A stretch of 64,000 bases of DNA, from contig CM052817.1 in the NCBI GenBank assembly GCA_028534125.1, positions 90,832,001 to 90,896,000 on the forward strand. Direction: 5' to 3'. Positions within the stretch are counted from its first letter, which is position 1, and each line of letters starts with the position of its first letter. Of the stretch, positions 1-14,129 are shown one piece after another. The notes below the pieces were generated by a model. That model did not search any database and had not been told where the DNA came from. It saw only the letters and a program-made list of their open reading frames with translations. The stretch comes from Lama glama (lineage: Eukaryota). A program made the position numbers and the translations under genes.

Positions 1-185
1 CGCTTTTAATGAAATTTCTTTGGAAGGCAATTTCAGGGATGAAATTCAAAGAATTTAATATCCAATGTGGCACAGGTCTTGGCTCATCAAAATGGATGCC
101 AACTGTAACCAGTTGATGATCTCCTGCCACTACACTCTTCCCAAGATATACCATCTGAATACCAGCCCCAGGCCATATTTAACCC

Positions 186-770
186 ATCTTAAAGTGTGCA
201 TGCCCTTTGACCCCACAATTCCATTTCCGGGAATCCATCCCAAAGAAATTCTTTTTAAAGCATACAAAGATGTGTGTACATTGATGTTTATTTTATCATT
301 CCTTCAAATAGCTAAAGCAAAGAAGCAATCTTATTAGCCACCAAAAATAGAGTGGTTAAATAAATTAAGGTGCATTTATACCATGGAATACTACACAGCC
401 ATTGAAAAGAATGAGGTGAACCTAAATGGACCAATATAGGGAGAAAAATGGCATAGTACTAAGTGAAAAAAAAGCAAGTTGCAAGTCACAGAATAACTTG
501 TATATTTAATCTCATGTATTTTAAAAATATGTGCGTTTGTCTGCATAAGTACTCACACAACATGACACACAGGAATACATATTAATGTGTAAAGAGGATA
601 CAAGCATATGTAACACTAGTTATACCTAGTTAACACTAGTGTCACCTCTAGGAAAGAAGGATGGAAGGCAGAAGGAAATAACATTTTGTCTTGTGTACTC
701 TGAATTGAAGTTTCCATCATCTATAATGAGAAAACATAACTTTTTAAAAGATATTAAAAAAATACATAGG
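186..770 (+). mobile_element. Old L1 (L1ME-type) ORF2 end / 3' UTR fragment
   Basis: ccctttgaccccacaattccatttccgggaatccatccc and atggaatactacacagccattgaaaagaatgagg match the L1 3' region. The ORF-track peptide PFDPTIPFPGIHPKE resembles the ORF2 C-terminus. Confidence 0.85.
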
Positions 771-3700
771 AAGCCCTCAAAATACACGAGGCACAGTCTT
801 CAAAATCACTGCATGACTGAAATGCTCATTCACCTTTAGAGAGATGAAAGTCAATGTCCCTTCTCAACATATAACCTGAAATATTCAAAGTGTATAGAAG
901 CCACATCTCAAGGGCAACATTCTAAATGGAATTTATTGGACCATTTTTAAATTAGCTAATTCTCAGTTTAAATATTTGACCTCTGGGTTTTATCCAGTGT
1001 CCTTATATTCACTTATATTCTGAATTTTGTGTTTTTCTTTAAGGAGAATTCCTAGAAGCGCTTAGGAAAAACAGGCTAGCTCACTTGTTAAATATGGAGT
1101 AGTCTGAACCAAAAGCCCAGATGTATAATTGTCTCCATATTTTTCAGAGCAGAACATCATTTGCAATTGATATTCCTCTCCATAGTTATGGTATTTTATT
1201 TCATATTCTGTATCACTAACTCCACAAGGTGAACAGCCAGACTTCCAGTTATAAAATGCCTATGCCTAACTCTTTAAAGTCTATTACATCTACTGTACCA
1301 TGTGCCATCAATGAGAAACTCAGTTCTGAAAATATTAGGCAGAATTTAAAGAGAACTCTTAGAAATATCCAACAAAAATCTATATACAACCAGCTCTATT
1401 CCTCGTGGTTCAGAATACAACCCTGAGGGTGTTTGATTAGGCCGCTTTAATCAGGAAGGGAAAAACCATCTAGGTGTGGGAGGGATCCTTGTCTGGGAAA
1501 TCTAGTACATTGTTGGTATGTTATGAAAAATTGTACTCTTCACAATCAAATCTGCTCTAATTCACAGTAGTTGCTAGAATGGATTTCCCAGTTATGTTTA
1601 TTAAATCTAGATCATCTTTAACCCCACCATATTCACCAAATTCATACTTTTAGAAGAGCGTCACCAAGGAGTAAAAGAAAAAGACTCATCTCAATTCTAT
1701 ATCATATTTTCACTTAGAATGCCTGAAGAATGAAAAAAATAATTTGAATAGATGGAGTATATTTTCCTTGGTAATTAGATTGTGTTTCATTTAACTTGTC
1801 TGATATATATTCCTTTTAGATTCCTGTGAGACAAATGAACCACTGTCCTCAAGGTGACAAGAATAGTCAATGAATTTGGGAAAAACCTAATGAGGTGATG
1901 TTTTGGGTCTAAATCAAAGCTCTGTTATCCTTGTAGTCATTCTGGTCCATTGATTTTGCTTCTAGTTTTAATTGTGAATTTGCTTTTTTTGGTGGATTTA
2001 CTGTGTGAGATTACAGTTAGTCAAATAAAGAAGTTCAAATGGCATGAATGTAGACATCGTTAGATCTTTTAGGAACGAATTTTTTCACTGTCATTAAAGT
2101 GACCTGGTTCCACAAGGCACAGTTCAATACTTCTCTATCCCAAGTTGCTAAAATCACAGAAATTTCAAATAACTGGATATATTAAAACCGGAAATATTAC
2201 TAATTTAGGCCAAGTTTTGTTGTTATTGTTCTATCTTAATCCTTAAAAGACCTAGAATAGCATCAAAGTCATCAAATCTCTGGAGAACAAAATGTACTGA
2301 GCGCCATGAAGAGGCTTTTTGTTTCCACTGCAGTTCAAAACACGATGTTCCAGAAATCAAAACTGCATAACAGAGCAAATATTCATGCCCTCAGCTATTT
2401 CAGGTTCTTTCTTTCAGGAGGTCATGGCTTTAAATACTCATAGGCAAAACCAGGATGCCTATTTGGGTGGCCAAATGGAGAGAGAGAAGGTACCTAGAAA
2501 ACAAGTCATGAACTGCCTACCTAGCCCTAATTATTTAGAAGAGAGATATAAAAGAGCACGTGCACACAGCTACACTATGAAATCAGGATTATTCCATTTC
2601 AGATCTAGCACAAGTCCGACCACTGGAGGTCTACATTTTGTCAGGTGTCTAGGCAACAAAACTGGCAGGTGGCTAGCAAAGTCTGGGGGACGTGAAGACT
2701 TATTGTTTAACTCATATTCTTGACACAGATAGTAAAATACAGCATTCACTGAGGTTATTCAGTCAGCCCTTGGGAGAGACGGTCCCCCCGTTTCTCCTTC
2801 ACCCAAACTTCCCAGGCTATTGCTCTGACACGGGCATCAAAGCCAGTAAAAGCACATTTGAAAATGAAAGGTCTCACATTCCACGCTTCTTTTGAAACAT
2901 CAAAAAGCCACATAAAGAAGCGATAGGACTAGAAAAAGCTGACAAGGAGCAGGACAGTGCCTGTTAGGACGGCAGGCATAGCTGGAGGTGAACCAATGTG
3001 AGGTCTATGAAAAGGCAAGTGAGAGAAGCAGAAATTTGCTGCTGACAAGATGAAACAGCCCACAGCAGTGTCATGCTAATAAAAAGTTAATTTCAACTTT
3101 CAGACACTCTTCATGGTACTTTACAGTTCAATGGTACCAAACTCGTCCATTGTACTGCATCACCTGCAGAGGCTGGGTCTATTTACAAGCTCTCAGAATC
3201 CAAATAGAATTGGAGGAAACTATTTTATTACTGCAAGATGTCCACGAGGATAAGAACACTTGTGATCAGGTTGGACAGTTACCCCAGCGCCCTTGCAAAC
3301 TCGAGCTTCAGTCTTAAAGTAAGTCCCGAAATACAGACATGGGTGAATTAGGAGCTATTCCTTAGCCATGGTTCATGTCATCACTGTCAAAATCTGGGGA
3401 TAAGCCGAGCTGCAGCTGAAATTTTTACAAATCTTAAATTTCTTGATAAATCTGCAGTCACCGTCATGACCCACTTCTTTCAGGCTGAAACAGACAGCCT
3501 ACAAAACTCTTTTTAAAGGTATGTCACTAAGTTTTCTACTGTGTTCTTTTCTGAGACTATAAATCCAGGCTGTTATGTATACATAGAAGCTGCCTCTAGG
3601 AATCTTGATGATATTTAAGAAATACAAGTAGAAAACAAAAATCCAGTCATTCCTCACATGCACATCTTCTTGGTGTTACTGTGTCCTGACTTCAGAAAAA

Positions 3701-4179
3701 GTCAGAGTGACTATTTCACTTTATACAGTAGGATGAGCATTACATTTCTTACAAAGATCATGTGATTGAGACATGCCGGGTGTATGAAATTAAAAATCCT
3801 GGATGTGAATCTCAGCTTCGTCACTGATTGTTCCACTGTAAACAAAATATTTAACTCTATCCCAAAGCTGCAATCTCCTGCTGTGTAAAACAAGATAGAA
3901 TAAAGGCTGCCCTGCCCTGCTCACCTTACAAGGACATTTTGAGGAGGAAATGAAAAAGTACTTCCCAAGTAGTACTGAAAAGTATGCCAATATTAGACTT
4001 AGCAATATCTAGCAGTACCTGATACGGAGTCTATTCAATATTCTTAGTTAATTAATGGAGAAATCAACTACTCATAATACTGAGGAAATTTTACCATGAC
4101 TTTATTTCAATACACATATTTAATTAATTATGCTTTATGGTTCATGGTTGCAGTATTCTTAATATTCCACTGCGTATCT

Positions 4180-4860
4180 CTGAAGAGATTAATTATACTT
4201 ACTTAAATGTCTTCTGTTTGCTATATTAACTCTTCTTCTTTGGACTATTAGCTCTTGTGTCTACTGAATTTAGTGTCTCACTTTTACAGAGATGCTTATC
4301 ATCAAATGTTTGGTGAATCTTTGCTATTTGAGCCCCCTTGTTTTTGAGAATGCCAGTTCTATGGCCTTTTCTATTCCAGCCTACTCAAGGCTTTGCGGAG
4401 GAATGGTGAGACATAGGACTTTGTGGGACATATTTATAGATGCTTTTCTGTGAAGATGAATGGTAACTACCTCTTAGTCTTGGTAACTACTGAGGCTACT
4501 ACTCTGCCTAATGCATACCCACCCAACAGACACAGGGACTTCACCTGCTGTGGGCACATGACTCTACTGAACTGTTCTAGAAAAAGCAAGTCTTGGGGTA
4601 GAGGCAACCAGCCCAGATGCCACAGGCTGTTTGTTCCAAGGCCCCTTTGCTCTTGCCCTCTATTGACTGTGAGCTGAGAGACTGTCGAGGGCCCCAACCT
4701 GCACAGGAATCTCTTCCTAGTGTATATTTGATACATCTCTTTGAATCCATTTGCTTCCTATTTTTCAGAAATGCTTCAATTTTTCATCCTTTAATAAGAA
4801 TTCATTCTTTTTGATGCATCAATATGATGGATTTGTTAAGTGAAGTACAGATAGAAGAAA
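4180..4860 (-). mobile_element. Highly diverged L1M/HAL1-like 5' region fragment
   Basis: catcaaatgtttggtgaatctttgctattt and the adjacent T-rich tract resemble antisense ancient L1/HAL1 5'-ORF1 sequence; boundaries approximate. Confidence 0.4.
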
Positions 4861-4919
4861 TTAGTTGGAAAAATTTCCATGCAATTGGTTTGCTTATTAC
4901 TTTGAGTATCCATCAATAC

Positions 4920-6190
4920 AACCATTTATCATGAAGATAATGTTTTTGGTCAGAAATTGCAAATAGTACAATAAAGTATCCAAAGAAAAGTGATTTTCCT
5001 TCCCAATCTAGTCCTTCACAGTTACTTTCAAGTGAACAGTTAACAGTTAACAGTTTCTTGTATGCCTTTCTGGAACATTTCCATTCAAGTACATGCTTGT
5101 AGACTTTAAGCACATATCTTCTTTTTGTTTAGCTTAACAAAATAGCTTGAAATCTGTCCACATCAGCACACGTGGATGCACTCTTTTTAATGGCTATGTA
5201 GCAATTTATTATATCACTGCTTCAGAATGTTTTAGTCTCATGTTGATGGATATGTGGGCTATTTGTGTTTTTGTTTTGTTTTTTTACTGTTCTAAATAAT
5301 ACTGCAATGATCAGTTTTTGTTCCAGACCTCTCTACACATATGTGCAAATAAAACCAGAGAAGAAATTCCTAGAAATAGGAATTACAAGATTTGCACATT
5401 TTAAATTTTGATAATGTTGTCTGGTTGCATTCCAAAAAGGTTGTACTAATTTTTACCATTCCTGCACTGTACATATACCTGTATCTTCACACCATCATCC
5501 ACTGTGAATTTCCAATTTTTATAACTACCACCAACCTGATAGGTGAAAAAGTGTCTCATAATCTGAATTTGCATTTAATTATGAATAAGACTGAAGATTT
5601 TTTATATGCTTAAAAAAATACTTCTCTACCACCTTTTTCCTATCTTTTGCTATTTTGTGAGATGTTTGTAGTTTTCTCACTGATGTATAAGAACCCTGTA
5701 TATTTATATGTATGTATATATATATTTTTTTGAGGATATATGTGGATATATAGTGCAGGTATGGTAAAAAAATTTGTACAACCTCTTTCAAACACAATTG
5801 TACATATACAGATTTTTGCTTTTTACAGTTTTGTCTTTTGTATTTAATTAACATATTTTTCCACAGACAAGTTTTAGTGTTTTATAGCAAAATTTACCTC
5901 TATCATTTCTGTTTTTAAATGTCTACTTAGGTTGCTTCTTACTTTGAGAAGGTCTTACTCACTTTGGATCACTGAAACTTTTCCATGATGCCTTTTATAA
6001 AACTTTTATAGTTCCGCATTTTCTCTTTAAAGAAAGAGAAATGGCTAAAGTGTTGTCTCAATACCACTTATTAAATAATCTTTCTTTCTTCACTGATTTA
6101 AAATGCCATCCTTATCCTACACCAGATTCCCTGAAGTATTTGGACCTACTTAAGATTCTATTCTTTTCCATTCATCTGTCTGCCTATGGA
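4920..6190 (-). mobile_element. Old L1 (L1ME-type) ORF2 3' part and 3' UTR
   Basis: Antisense L1 hallmarks: tttttaatggctatgtag, aaattcctagaaataggaattac, caataccacttattaaataatc. Confidence 0.75.
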
Positions 6191-6639
6191 GATATTTTAG
6201 AAGTGAATAAATACATTTATGAAGCTATAATTTAGCATATGTGCGTATATTTCCAGGCTTTAGTTATTTGTATTCTATGGTATGTTTATTTGTCACTGTG
6301 TTCCTCTGGTTTGACTTCCTCAAGGGCAAAGATTATGGATTCTCCCCTCTTTGTAATTCCGTGAAACACTAGTCTCTGCCAAGTTCGACATTTCAGAAAC
6401 TAAAATCAAGCTGTGTCTTTTAGGTGGAAGCAATGATGGTCTGAGTAGTTTGAGCAAATGAAATCTCAGCTCAAAACTTTTGACCCCTAAACATAACATA
6501 TAAAACACTATAACAATTAATTCCCTTCATGAAGGGATTTTCCTGTTAAAATGTTAATATGTTTGCATGATATGGAGACTATAAGTTTATCATATTGTCT
6601 CCTTTGTCTAGGTTTTGATAGAAAGGCAGCATGAACTAA

Positions 6640-6830
6640 CATTTAGAAAGCCACACATTCTGGTAAGAATAGTACATATTCCACCTCATGTAATGTCACC
6701 AATAGCCTAGGAAATTGGTATCATTATTCTCACTTTACAAAGAGGAAATAGGCTCAGGGAAGTAAGTTAATTTGCCAAGTTATTTAGTGGCAAAGTGTGG
6801 ATTCAAACCCAAGCCTGTCTGACTCTGAAT
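6640..6830 (-). mobile_element. MIR SINE
   Basis: cactttacaaagaggaaataggctcaggga...ggattcaaacccaagcctgtctgactc is the antisense MIR core. Confidence 0.85.
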
Positions 6831-7639
6831 ATGGCTGTTTCAAAGCACAGTTACATGATTTGATATATTGTTCTAGAATGTTCCTCCGATCTCCCACACT
6901 GCCTCTCAGAGACAGAGCTCCCTAAGCAAGGATGCAAAGTAATTTCCACTTCTTGTGCCAGCTCTTGGCTGCCTTGAACACTGAATAGATAATAATTTCT
7001 AGCTGCAACCACGCTCAGCAGGAAAGATCATGACAAATGACCGATGTCTGCATGGACGACGGAGGCAGGAGTGGCAGTATGGACCCTGTAATTTGCTGCT
7101 ACTGCCCGAAGCACAGCATTGGGGACCAAAGAAACATTTTACTAACTTCACAGTTGTGTTTTGGAAAAACCTTAAAAAATATAATTCAATCAATAGAACT
7201 TCCCTTTGTAAATAAAGCCTATGGAACCAATGATAAAAATAAATTGTGAGAAATATAGCACTCTATATGGTATCCAACGTAGGCCAGGCCTGCCCACTTG
7301 ACATGTCTAATATTCAGCCTCATTTTATAATGATCAACTTGGCTCTACCAGTCCTAAAAAGGCCCACTTGACCTTCCACCTGGGCTTCACCAAGGCCACT
7401 GCCTCAAACCAGTTCTCCCTAGGAGAAGAGATAAGAAATCCTAGGCTGGTAGGTAAATGGCACAGCATCTAAGTTGCCTTGTTTATAGCTCTATAGATTC
7501 TAGAACAATCTATCAAACCAAGTAACTTAACTTTGAATCCAGCTCTACCCAGATTTACCAGTCCTAGAAAGTGGGCCCCTGGATTTATGTGATAATATCC
7601 ACAGCTCCAAGACCAACCTACAGCCTCTCTGGAGTAGCC

Positions 7640-8110
7640 ATTGTGGGTGACCGTCCAGCTCCTGCTTCTCTTCCTTTCCCTCAGTTTTAATTAGGTATCC
7701 CATTATCCTCCCAACTTCATGCGGCTCAGGAAGGGTTAGCCCCGCCCCAGCTCCTGACAGTCCACACGCAATCCCATGCCCCTAGTTAGTGACTAGACTA
7801 GCACTGGGGAGAGGCAGACAGAGGTTTGCTCTAAGTACCTGAGAAGTTCTTCCTTGTTCCTCTGGGACAGCACCAGAGAACAGCTGTTTCTTTTCTTCCG
7901 GCTAGTGTTCTAAGCTGATAGGAAATCAATAATTGCTGTAGACACTTCTCTACCAGTCATCATTCAGAAGAGGGTAAAGTCCAAGAATCACAAGAAAATG
8001 ATCAGGACTCAGCTCTGATGACCACAGTAACTCTCAACTTGTAGATATTAAGTCAATTAATGTGTTTAAACTGTAGGCAGGTACTTGCCTCCAAAGGGCC
8101 TTAGCTGACC
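7640..8110 (+). mobile_element. Ancient ERVL/MaLR-type solo LTR (subfamily uncertain)
   Basis: Diverged LTR-like motifs (ccccgccccagctcctg, aatcccatgcccctagttagtgactag, 3' acttgcctccaaagggccttagctga). Confidence 0.45.
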
Positions 8111-8189
8111 TCACTCCTGCTCTGAGGTAGTCGCTCTCTAGACTCTAGACTAGGTCTCCCTGAAGCTATTTACCTGCTTGAAGGACAGG

Positions 8190-8385
8190 GTAGGAATTAA
8201 GAGCACAATTTCAAACCGTGGCCCTGGCACTCATTTCCTGTGTGACCTCAGGCAGGTTAAACTCTCCATGCCTCAGTTTCTTCATCTGTAAAGTGGAGAC
8301 AATATTCAGATTCCAGAGTTGTATGAGGATTAATGAGATAAATCATGTAAGGCACTTAGAACTGTGCCTGGCATGTAATTACTAT
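8190..8385 (+). mobile_element. MIR SINE
   Basis: tgtgtgacctcaggcagg...gcctcagtttcttcatctgtaaagtgg...gtaaggcacttagaactgtgcctggca. Confidence 0.9.
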
Positions 8386-9957
8386 CATGAATACCTGGAT
8401 TTTGTCCATGCCTACTTCCTGATTTTCCCTCCCCAACAGCAGGACCCCAATTTCACACTTCCTGTGTCTATGTCATCACCACCTATAACCTCCAAGGCTG
8501 AATCCAATCCAAGGGCCTGTCTAGTCACTGCACCCCAGTCATTCTGAGTTTTAACTGACTCTTTTCACATCCAATTACAGTCATTGTTATTCTCCCATCC
8601 GGGAATCCCAGAGAAGATATAGCTAACAGAAGCCTGTAAGCTAAAGAAATACAAATCTAGTGCTAGAAGGGTTCTTGTGGATTTTATCTAGTTTTTCTTG
8701 CCACAGCACTACTCCTTACAGGCTTGTTTTTGCGGGTCCATGAGTACAGAAAAATAAACTACTAATTACTATCCCTATTTGGCTGTGTTTCTCCACAATC
8801 ATCCCACTACAGTAGCCCTCTCCTCCCATTTGGCCCCGGCTGTTTAATTCATTTGGCATTACTTTTTTTTTTCTTGGTGATGGAACCACTATTGAGCTGT
8901 TATGCTGAATTTCAAAAGGGACATTTTCAAACACATCTTTCCAGTTTCTCTTCTCCTAGAAAATGAAGTTGAACGGTCTTTATACCATTAAATGTGGCAG
9001 TTGAGTTGATGGGACAACTCTTCTAAAAGCACATACCTATGGCTATTTTGCAGACCCTGGCATCCGCTGTCTGCCACTTTTCAGGAAGCTTCCCTGGGAA
9101 CCGTGCCATATACAGCTATCATTTTCTGCTTAGAAAGAGGAAGCGAGAGATCAGAATCATTTGATTCTATAAACACTTGAATGCTTGAGAAATGCAAAGC
9201 AATGAGCTATTTTACAGGGTTGCTAGAGACAAGGAATAGAAAGCGGAGAAAGGAAATGACTGTACCTTAAAACTCCACTGCTTACCATTCTTACTTGATG
9301 TCTAAAGAGACAGGAATTCAAGTGGAGCATTTGAATGTTAAAACAAAATAGACAATGCAAGGATGCTTCCAGCAAAATAGCTGCCCTACATGAACTGCCC
9401 TGAATGGAAAAAGGAAGAAAGAAAAGAGAAACAGGGGTAAAATGAGATGCAGGGAAGAGAGAGAGATGGATGGTCCAGGGAGGGTGCATTAAGACTCCTG
9501 TAGTTTTACATGAAAAAGAATTCTGTTACATAAAGGGAGTTGAAGTGATAGAAAGAAAAAAAGTCAAGCTGAACTTCAGAATCTATGATTCTTTGACATA
9601 GAAGATTTCCTCATCTGATTCCAGCAATTTCCAGTGGCCAATTCAATGCTATATAATCTCAAAAATGATTCATGGGGCCAAAGAAGCAACTTTGGAAACT
9701 CTGAACTCCCTGGTTGGACTCCGAGAATATGATTTTCGTATTTTTCTTCAAGCTGCTCTCCAGTTTCAAGGCAAATTAATAGAAAATCAATGAGATTTCA
9801 ATGTGTAGGCTGTATTGTTCTTTTTAAATGCGGTGTGTATAACCTTTCTCCATCTGCATAGATATGGAGAGGCCTGTTTTGGTGTGCTTTTTAAATTTTC
9901 TGCTCTTCTACAGAACAGAATACTCCTGAGAAACCAGAGTGGTAAAGGACTTGGAGA

Positions 9958-10263
9958 CGCTGATAAAACCTCGTTTTTACACTGTCGCTCAAGGACGCAG
10001 CGCGGCTGAAGCTGCCAGGCGTCAATGACCGCTGAAATTACCCTCGCCCACAGCCCTTGGACAGGAAGAAAACTAAGCGCAAGAACTTGGATTTTATTGA
10101 AAATCAAAAGCCAGCTGACGGGGTGCTCTCCGCACTCACCCAGGAAACTCTTCGTTGAAGCTGTCAGATATTAACAATACTCTGAAAGAGATTTAGAACC
10201 TAAACCTCAGAGAATTGTTTAAAACACACACATACATACACCGGGGTGAATTTTATAAAATTC
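9958..10263 (-). promoter_or_regulatory. Candidate minus-strand promoter / short exon with a CpG-rich patch
   Basis: 13 CpGs in 9958-10154; donor TGG|GTGAGT at 10140/10139; TATAAAA within a perfect 16-bp palindrome at 10248-10263. Confidence 0.35.
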
Positions 10264-12892
10264 TATGATAGACTGCAGGAAAAGGGGGATTTAAAGACAG
10301 TATACCACAGCCATCAAACACAAAATGCATTTTTTAAGTTCAATAAATTCCTAATAACTATAACTGAGCCTGAGAGCACAGAGTAGAAAAATGAGCAAAA
10401 TAAGCAAAGATCATTTTAAGGCTGAAGGATAACATTTTTCTAAATAAACACAAGGCAATATGGGTGTATTCAAAGGCACATGTAACAGGTGTGACTATGT
10501 AAATCATTAATTCTTCACTCGTGTTCCACAAATGTTTCCTAAACCCCCTGTGGTGATATCTGTTATGTGTGCTGTGGATACCAATATGAGTAAGACAGCA
10601 TTTCTACCCCTAAAGAACTTATTTTCTCATTGGAGAAAACTGCAAGTAAACAAATGTATTTATGTAGCTATATTTGATATCTGTAAATAATCAAGATCAG
10701 CCATTACACTCAACATTTATTCCAGGAAAAATGTCAAAAGCTATTTAGATCATGGCATATTTTCATAGACACCAAAAACATAGCTTCTTTAAAAGTAGAA
10801 TGATTATATTTATGAAATATATATTCTTTCTTTTTGTGTCCTCTGAGTTGACACAGAAGCCATCTTAAGGCCAATGAGTATCAGAACTGAAGATTTGTCA
10901 CTTTCAGCATAGCAAGGAATTTTCATCTCTGCTTTGTTATCATTATATTTAACATTTTCAAGCATCAATTTTCAAATCATTTTTAAGTAATCAAAACATG
11001 CAATCAAATATTCAAGTGATTGAACAAACGACCATACAAGAGACAACCCTGCTGAAAGGGAACTGCTGTCTGGCACACAGCTTCACTACACAACAGCTTG
11101 AATCTTTGCCTCCTGAAATAACAAAGTCCAGATGTAATGAATGAAAGGTGATTTAGAAGACAGAAAGTATAATGTAATAAAAGAGTGGTTTATATGGAAA
11201 CTGAATTTAAAGAAGTCTCTGTACCAAGTTTAGGCACACATGCTGTGCTACCATAATAGCAATTAATAGAATTAATAGAACTTTGCATTGCAAAGCTGTC
11301 CTGTGACACAACACTCCAGGTCTTGCCCTCTCTGGGATGGGAAAGGCAGGGGTCAGAGCCTCTCAGAGAAGTCCAAAGGAGCCATTAACACATTATCTGC
11401 CATAAGACTGTTTCATGCAAAAGGTAAGGAAAACCCGATATGTTCGTCTCCTACCCAGAGTCCAGGGATGATTGGCACCATTTCTCTCTTTTTCTCCGTA
11501 GCCACACTTAATCACGCAGGTGGGCTAGGGAAACCCCTCAAAAGGCCATACATTCTTTAATGTAGCCCACAAAAGCCATTCTGCATCAGTGCCCTTTGGT
11601 GGTTCCCTTAACCTCTCTGAGGCTCAGTTTCCTTACCTCAAAAGTGAAGAAGGATGATTAATTGAAATAACTCATTTAAAGACCATACCATTATGCAGGG
11701 ACACAAAAACACTCAGTGTGGGTTACTGAATAGACAGGCTAGTATCATTTTTATCCTGGTGACAGTAAAACTGCCTATCTTGGTGACAGCAAATTTCATC
11801 TAACCCTTGATTATATCTATCACCTACCACTAAGGTGACAGGAAAATCAAAACTAATTTTTAAACCAACATTAGCTTCTGAGAACAAATTCCTATTAAAA
11901 ACATAGAAGTGGATATGATCAATGACTATATGAATTTAAAATTTCCTATGGAATACAGATTTTAATTTCCAATAAATCAATAGCTCACCTTCTTTTTTGT
12001 ATTTTCGGTTTGGTTATTAATTTCTCACATTTATGTTGATTTTCCTAATCAAATTTATTTTAGCAGAAAAATTATTGGTTATGAATTTATGATTTTGTCT
12101 ATTTGCATCTTGCAATCAGCTTTATTTTCAAAGTATTTAAAATATAAGTTTTCTATCCTAGAAATAACTGAACATCTGCATTATTTTAAACTCATTGTCT
12201 AAACTCATGAATTAATCCCAGTAGTCTCTTAGCAGTCATATTTTTCACTTCCTAGTTTTCAAAGGCTCTCTGAGATACTTTCATATTCTCTTTAAAGCAG
12301 GTTAAACAGTTCAAAATACAGCCATCATTGCTGCCTTCCATGAACGTCACCTTCTCACAACACCATAAATAACAGGTAAAAATCAATAATAATTTCACGT
12401 CTGATTGCTGGTCCAATACCATTCTGTAGGAAAGAATCTGTGTGTGTGGATCCTAACATTCTTCTATTTTTTCTTAAGAAAATTAGCCAGTAACATTGCA
12501 GTCTTTGTCCTCAATCAGATAAATTTTACCCAGGGTTCTTTAAAAATAAGTGGAATTGAGGGTCAGATAGAGAAAGATTCTACCTCAGTTCCTCTTCAAT
12601 GACATTAGACCCAACTAGCCAAGATTCCTTTGTTAAAGGTCACGTGCTTATTTTTAAGCTAATGAATGATTGACATTTGAATAAGTAATGTGTATTATTT
12701 ATTATTAAATGCTCAAAACATATAACTTAGTTAATGTATTAGATAATATCAATATTTATGATAAAAGAATCAGAAAGTGAATTTATGCCAAGAAGGCCAC
12801 ACATTGACCATCATCAGAACATCGTCGGTCCCTCTAAGAGTGCCTCTCAGAGCCAGGACTGTGGAACGCCCTTACAGGGCTCCTTGAAAAAA

Positions 12893-13283
12893 ATCAGGGT
12901 AAACAAGTTAGAATGCAACAACAGCAAGCAACCTCTGAAACCTCAGTGACTTGAGACCACAAGGCTTTGCATCTGGCTCGTGCTGTGTGTCCATCACAGG
13001 CCAGCTGGGGATCCTTACAGCCTCTCAGGGATCCCAGCCGCTGGCTACTCCATCTGAGCTCATGCTTAAAGATCACGAAAGTAGGAGGGAGCAAGGATTC
13101 ATCAAGCATCCAGCATTAAAGATTCTTCCTAAAAGTCACAAACATCACTCTCTCTTCCACTTCATTAGCCAAAGCAGGCCCATGGATCCCTCAACGTGGA
13201 TGGCCAGGGAAGTATGACTCCTCCACGTGCTAAGGGGAACCAGATAGTCTGGGATTTGGTGGGCAGCACTAATGGCTGTCACA
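12893..13283 (-). mobile_element. MLT1 (MaLR) solo LTR, MLT1J/K-like
   Basis: aaacctcagtgacttgagaccacaagg, catcactctcttccacttcattagccaaagcagg and terminal gcactaatggctgtcaca match antisense MLT1. Confidence 0.75.
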
Positions 13284-13599
13284 GCCCCACTCACCTTGTT
13301 ACCGAGGAAACAAGAGAGACACAGTTTTAATAACTAGCCCAACAAATGCCCAAACTCCTTTCAATGATATTTATCCCAGTCCTTTCTAAGTCGGATTCCA
13401 GAGGTAGAGGGCTGAACAGAGGAAGAGCTACTATTTTCCCTCATAGCATCACCTACTTGTAAATGCAAATATGCAGCTTAAAATGATCCTTTTCTCCTCT
13501 TGTATTTCCACAGTATTGCTAAATGTGAACTTGGCTAGCTTCAACACTTCCCAGAAGAATTAGGAAGAGGTTAATACACGCTGGAGAACATTAGGTCCC

Positions 13600-13790
13600 T
13601 AATGTTTATTTAGACTCCATGTCAGATGCTATTCTTAGTGGTCTGTATGCATTGGTTCATACCATCTTCATAGCAACCGTATGACGTCTGCAGATCCTAT
13701 GATCATCGCCATGCTTCGAATGAGGCAGGTTAAGAAGCCCACAGAACTCAGTAGTGAAAGAGGAAGGATTCCGTCCCAGCTGTGGACTTC
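13600..13790 (-). mobile_element. MIR SINE (diverged)
   Basis: aatgtttatttagactccatgtcagatgct...catcttcatagcaaccgtatgacg. Confidence 0.6.
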
Positions 13791-14129
13791 AGGGCCTACA
13801 CCCACAACCCACATATGACAGTGAGTAACACTGGTAAAAAAGTTTTCTTATAAATGCCATTTGAACTTGTCTATTTCTATAAATGCCAATTGACAATTCT
13901 GAGAAAGGGGTTCCAAAGCAGCATTCCAGCACATTCTCCCATTAAAAATAGCACTAGCTTTTAACTTTGTCAGAGTCCTTTCACACATCAAATGGCAGGA
14001 TATGTAAAGGGTATTTTGGGAGCTACTCTATAAACTTTTCATGGCTGTAGGCTAATTAGAAAATTTTAAATATTACCAAAAATGAGTAAGACTAAAGTTC
14101 ATGAGGAGTATATTGGAAACCTAACAGTA

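Noticed and set aside
431..440. CArG box CCAATATAGG
   Set aside because: Single motif within an L1 remnant.
2319..2723. 134-aa ORF
   Set aside because: Non-ATG start, no recognisable domain and no supporting splice structure; compatible with chance.
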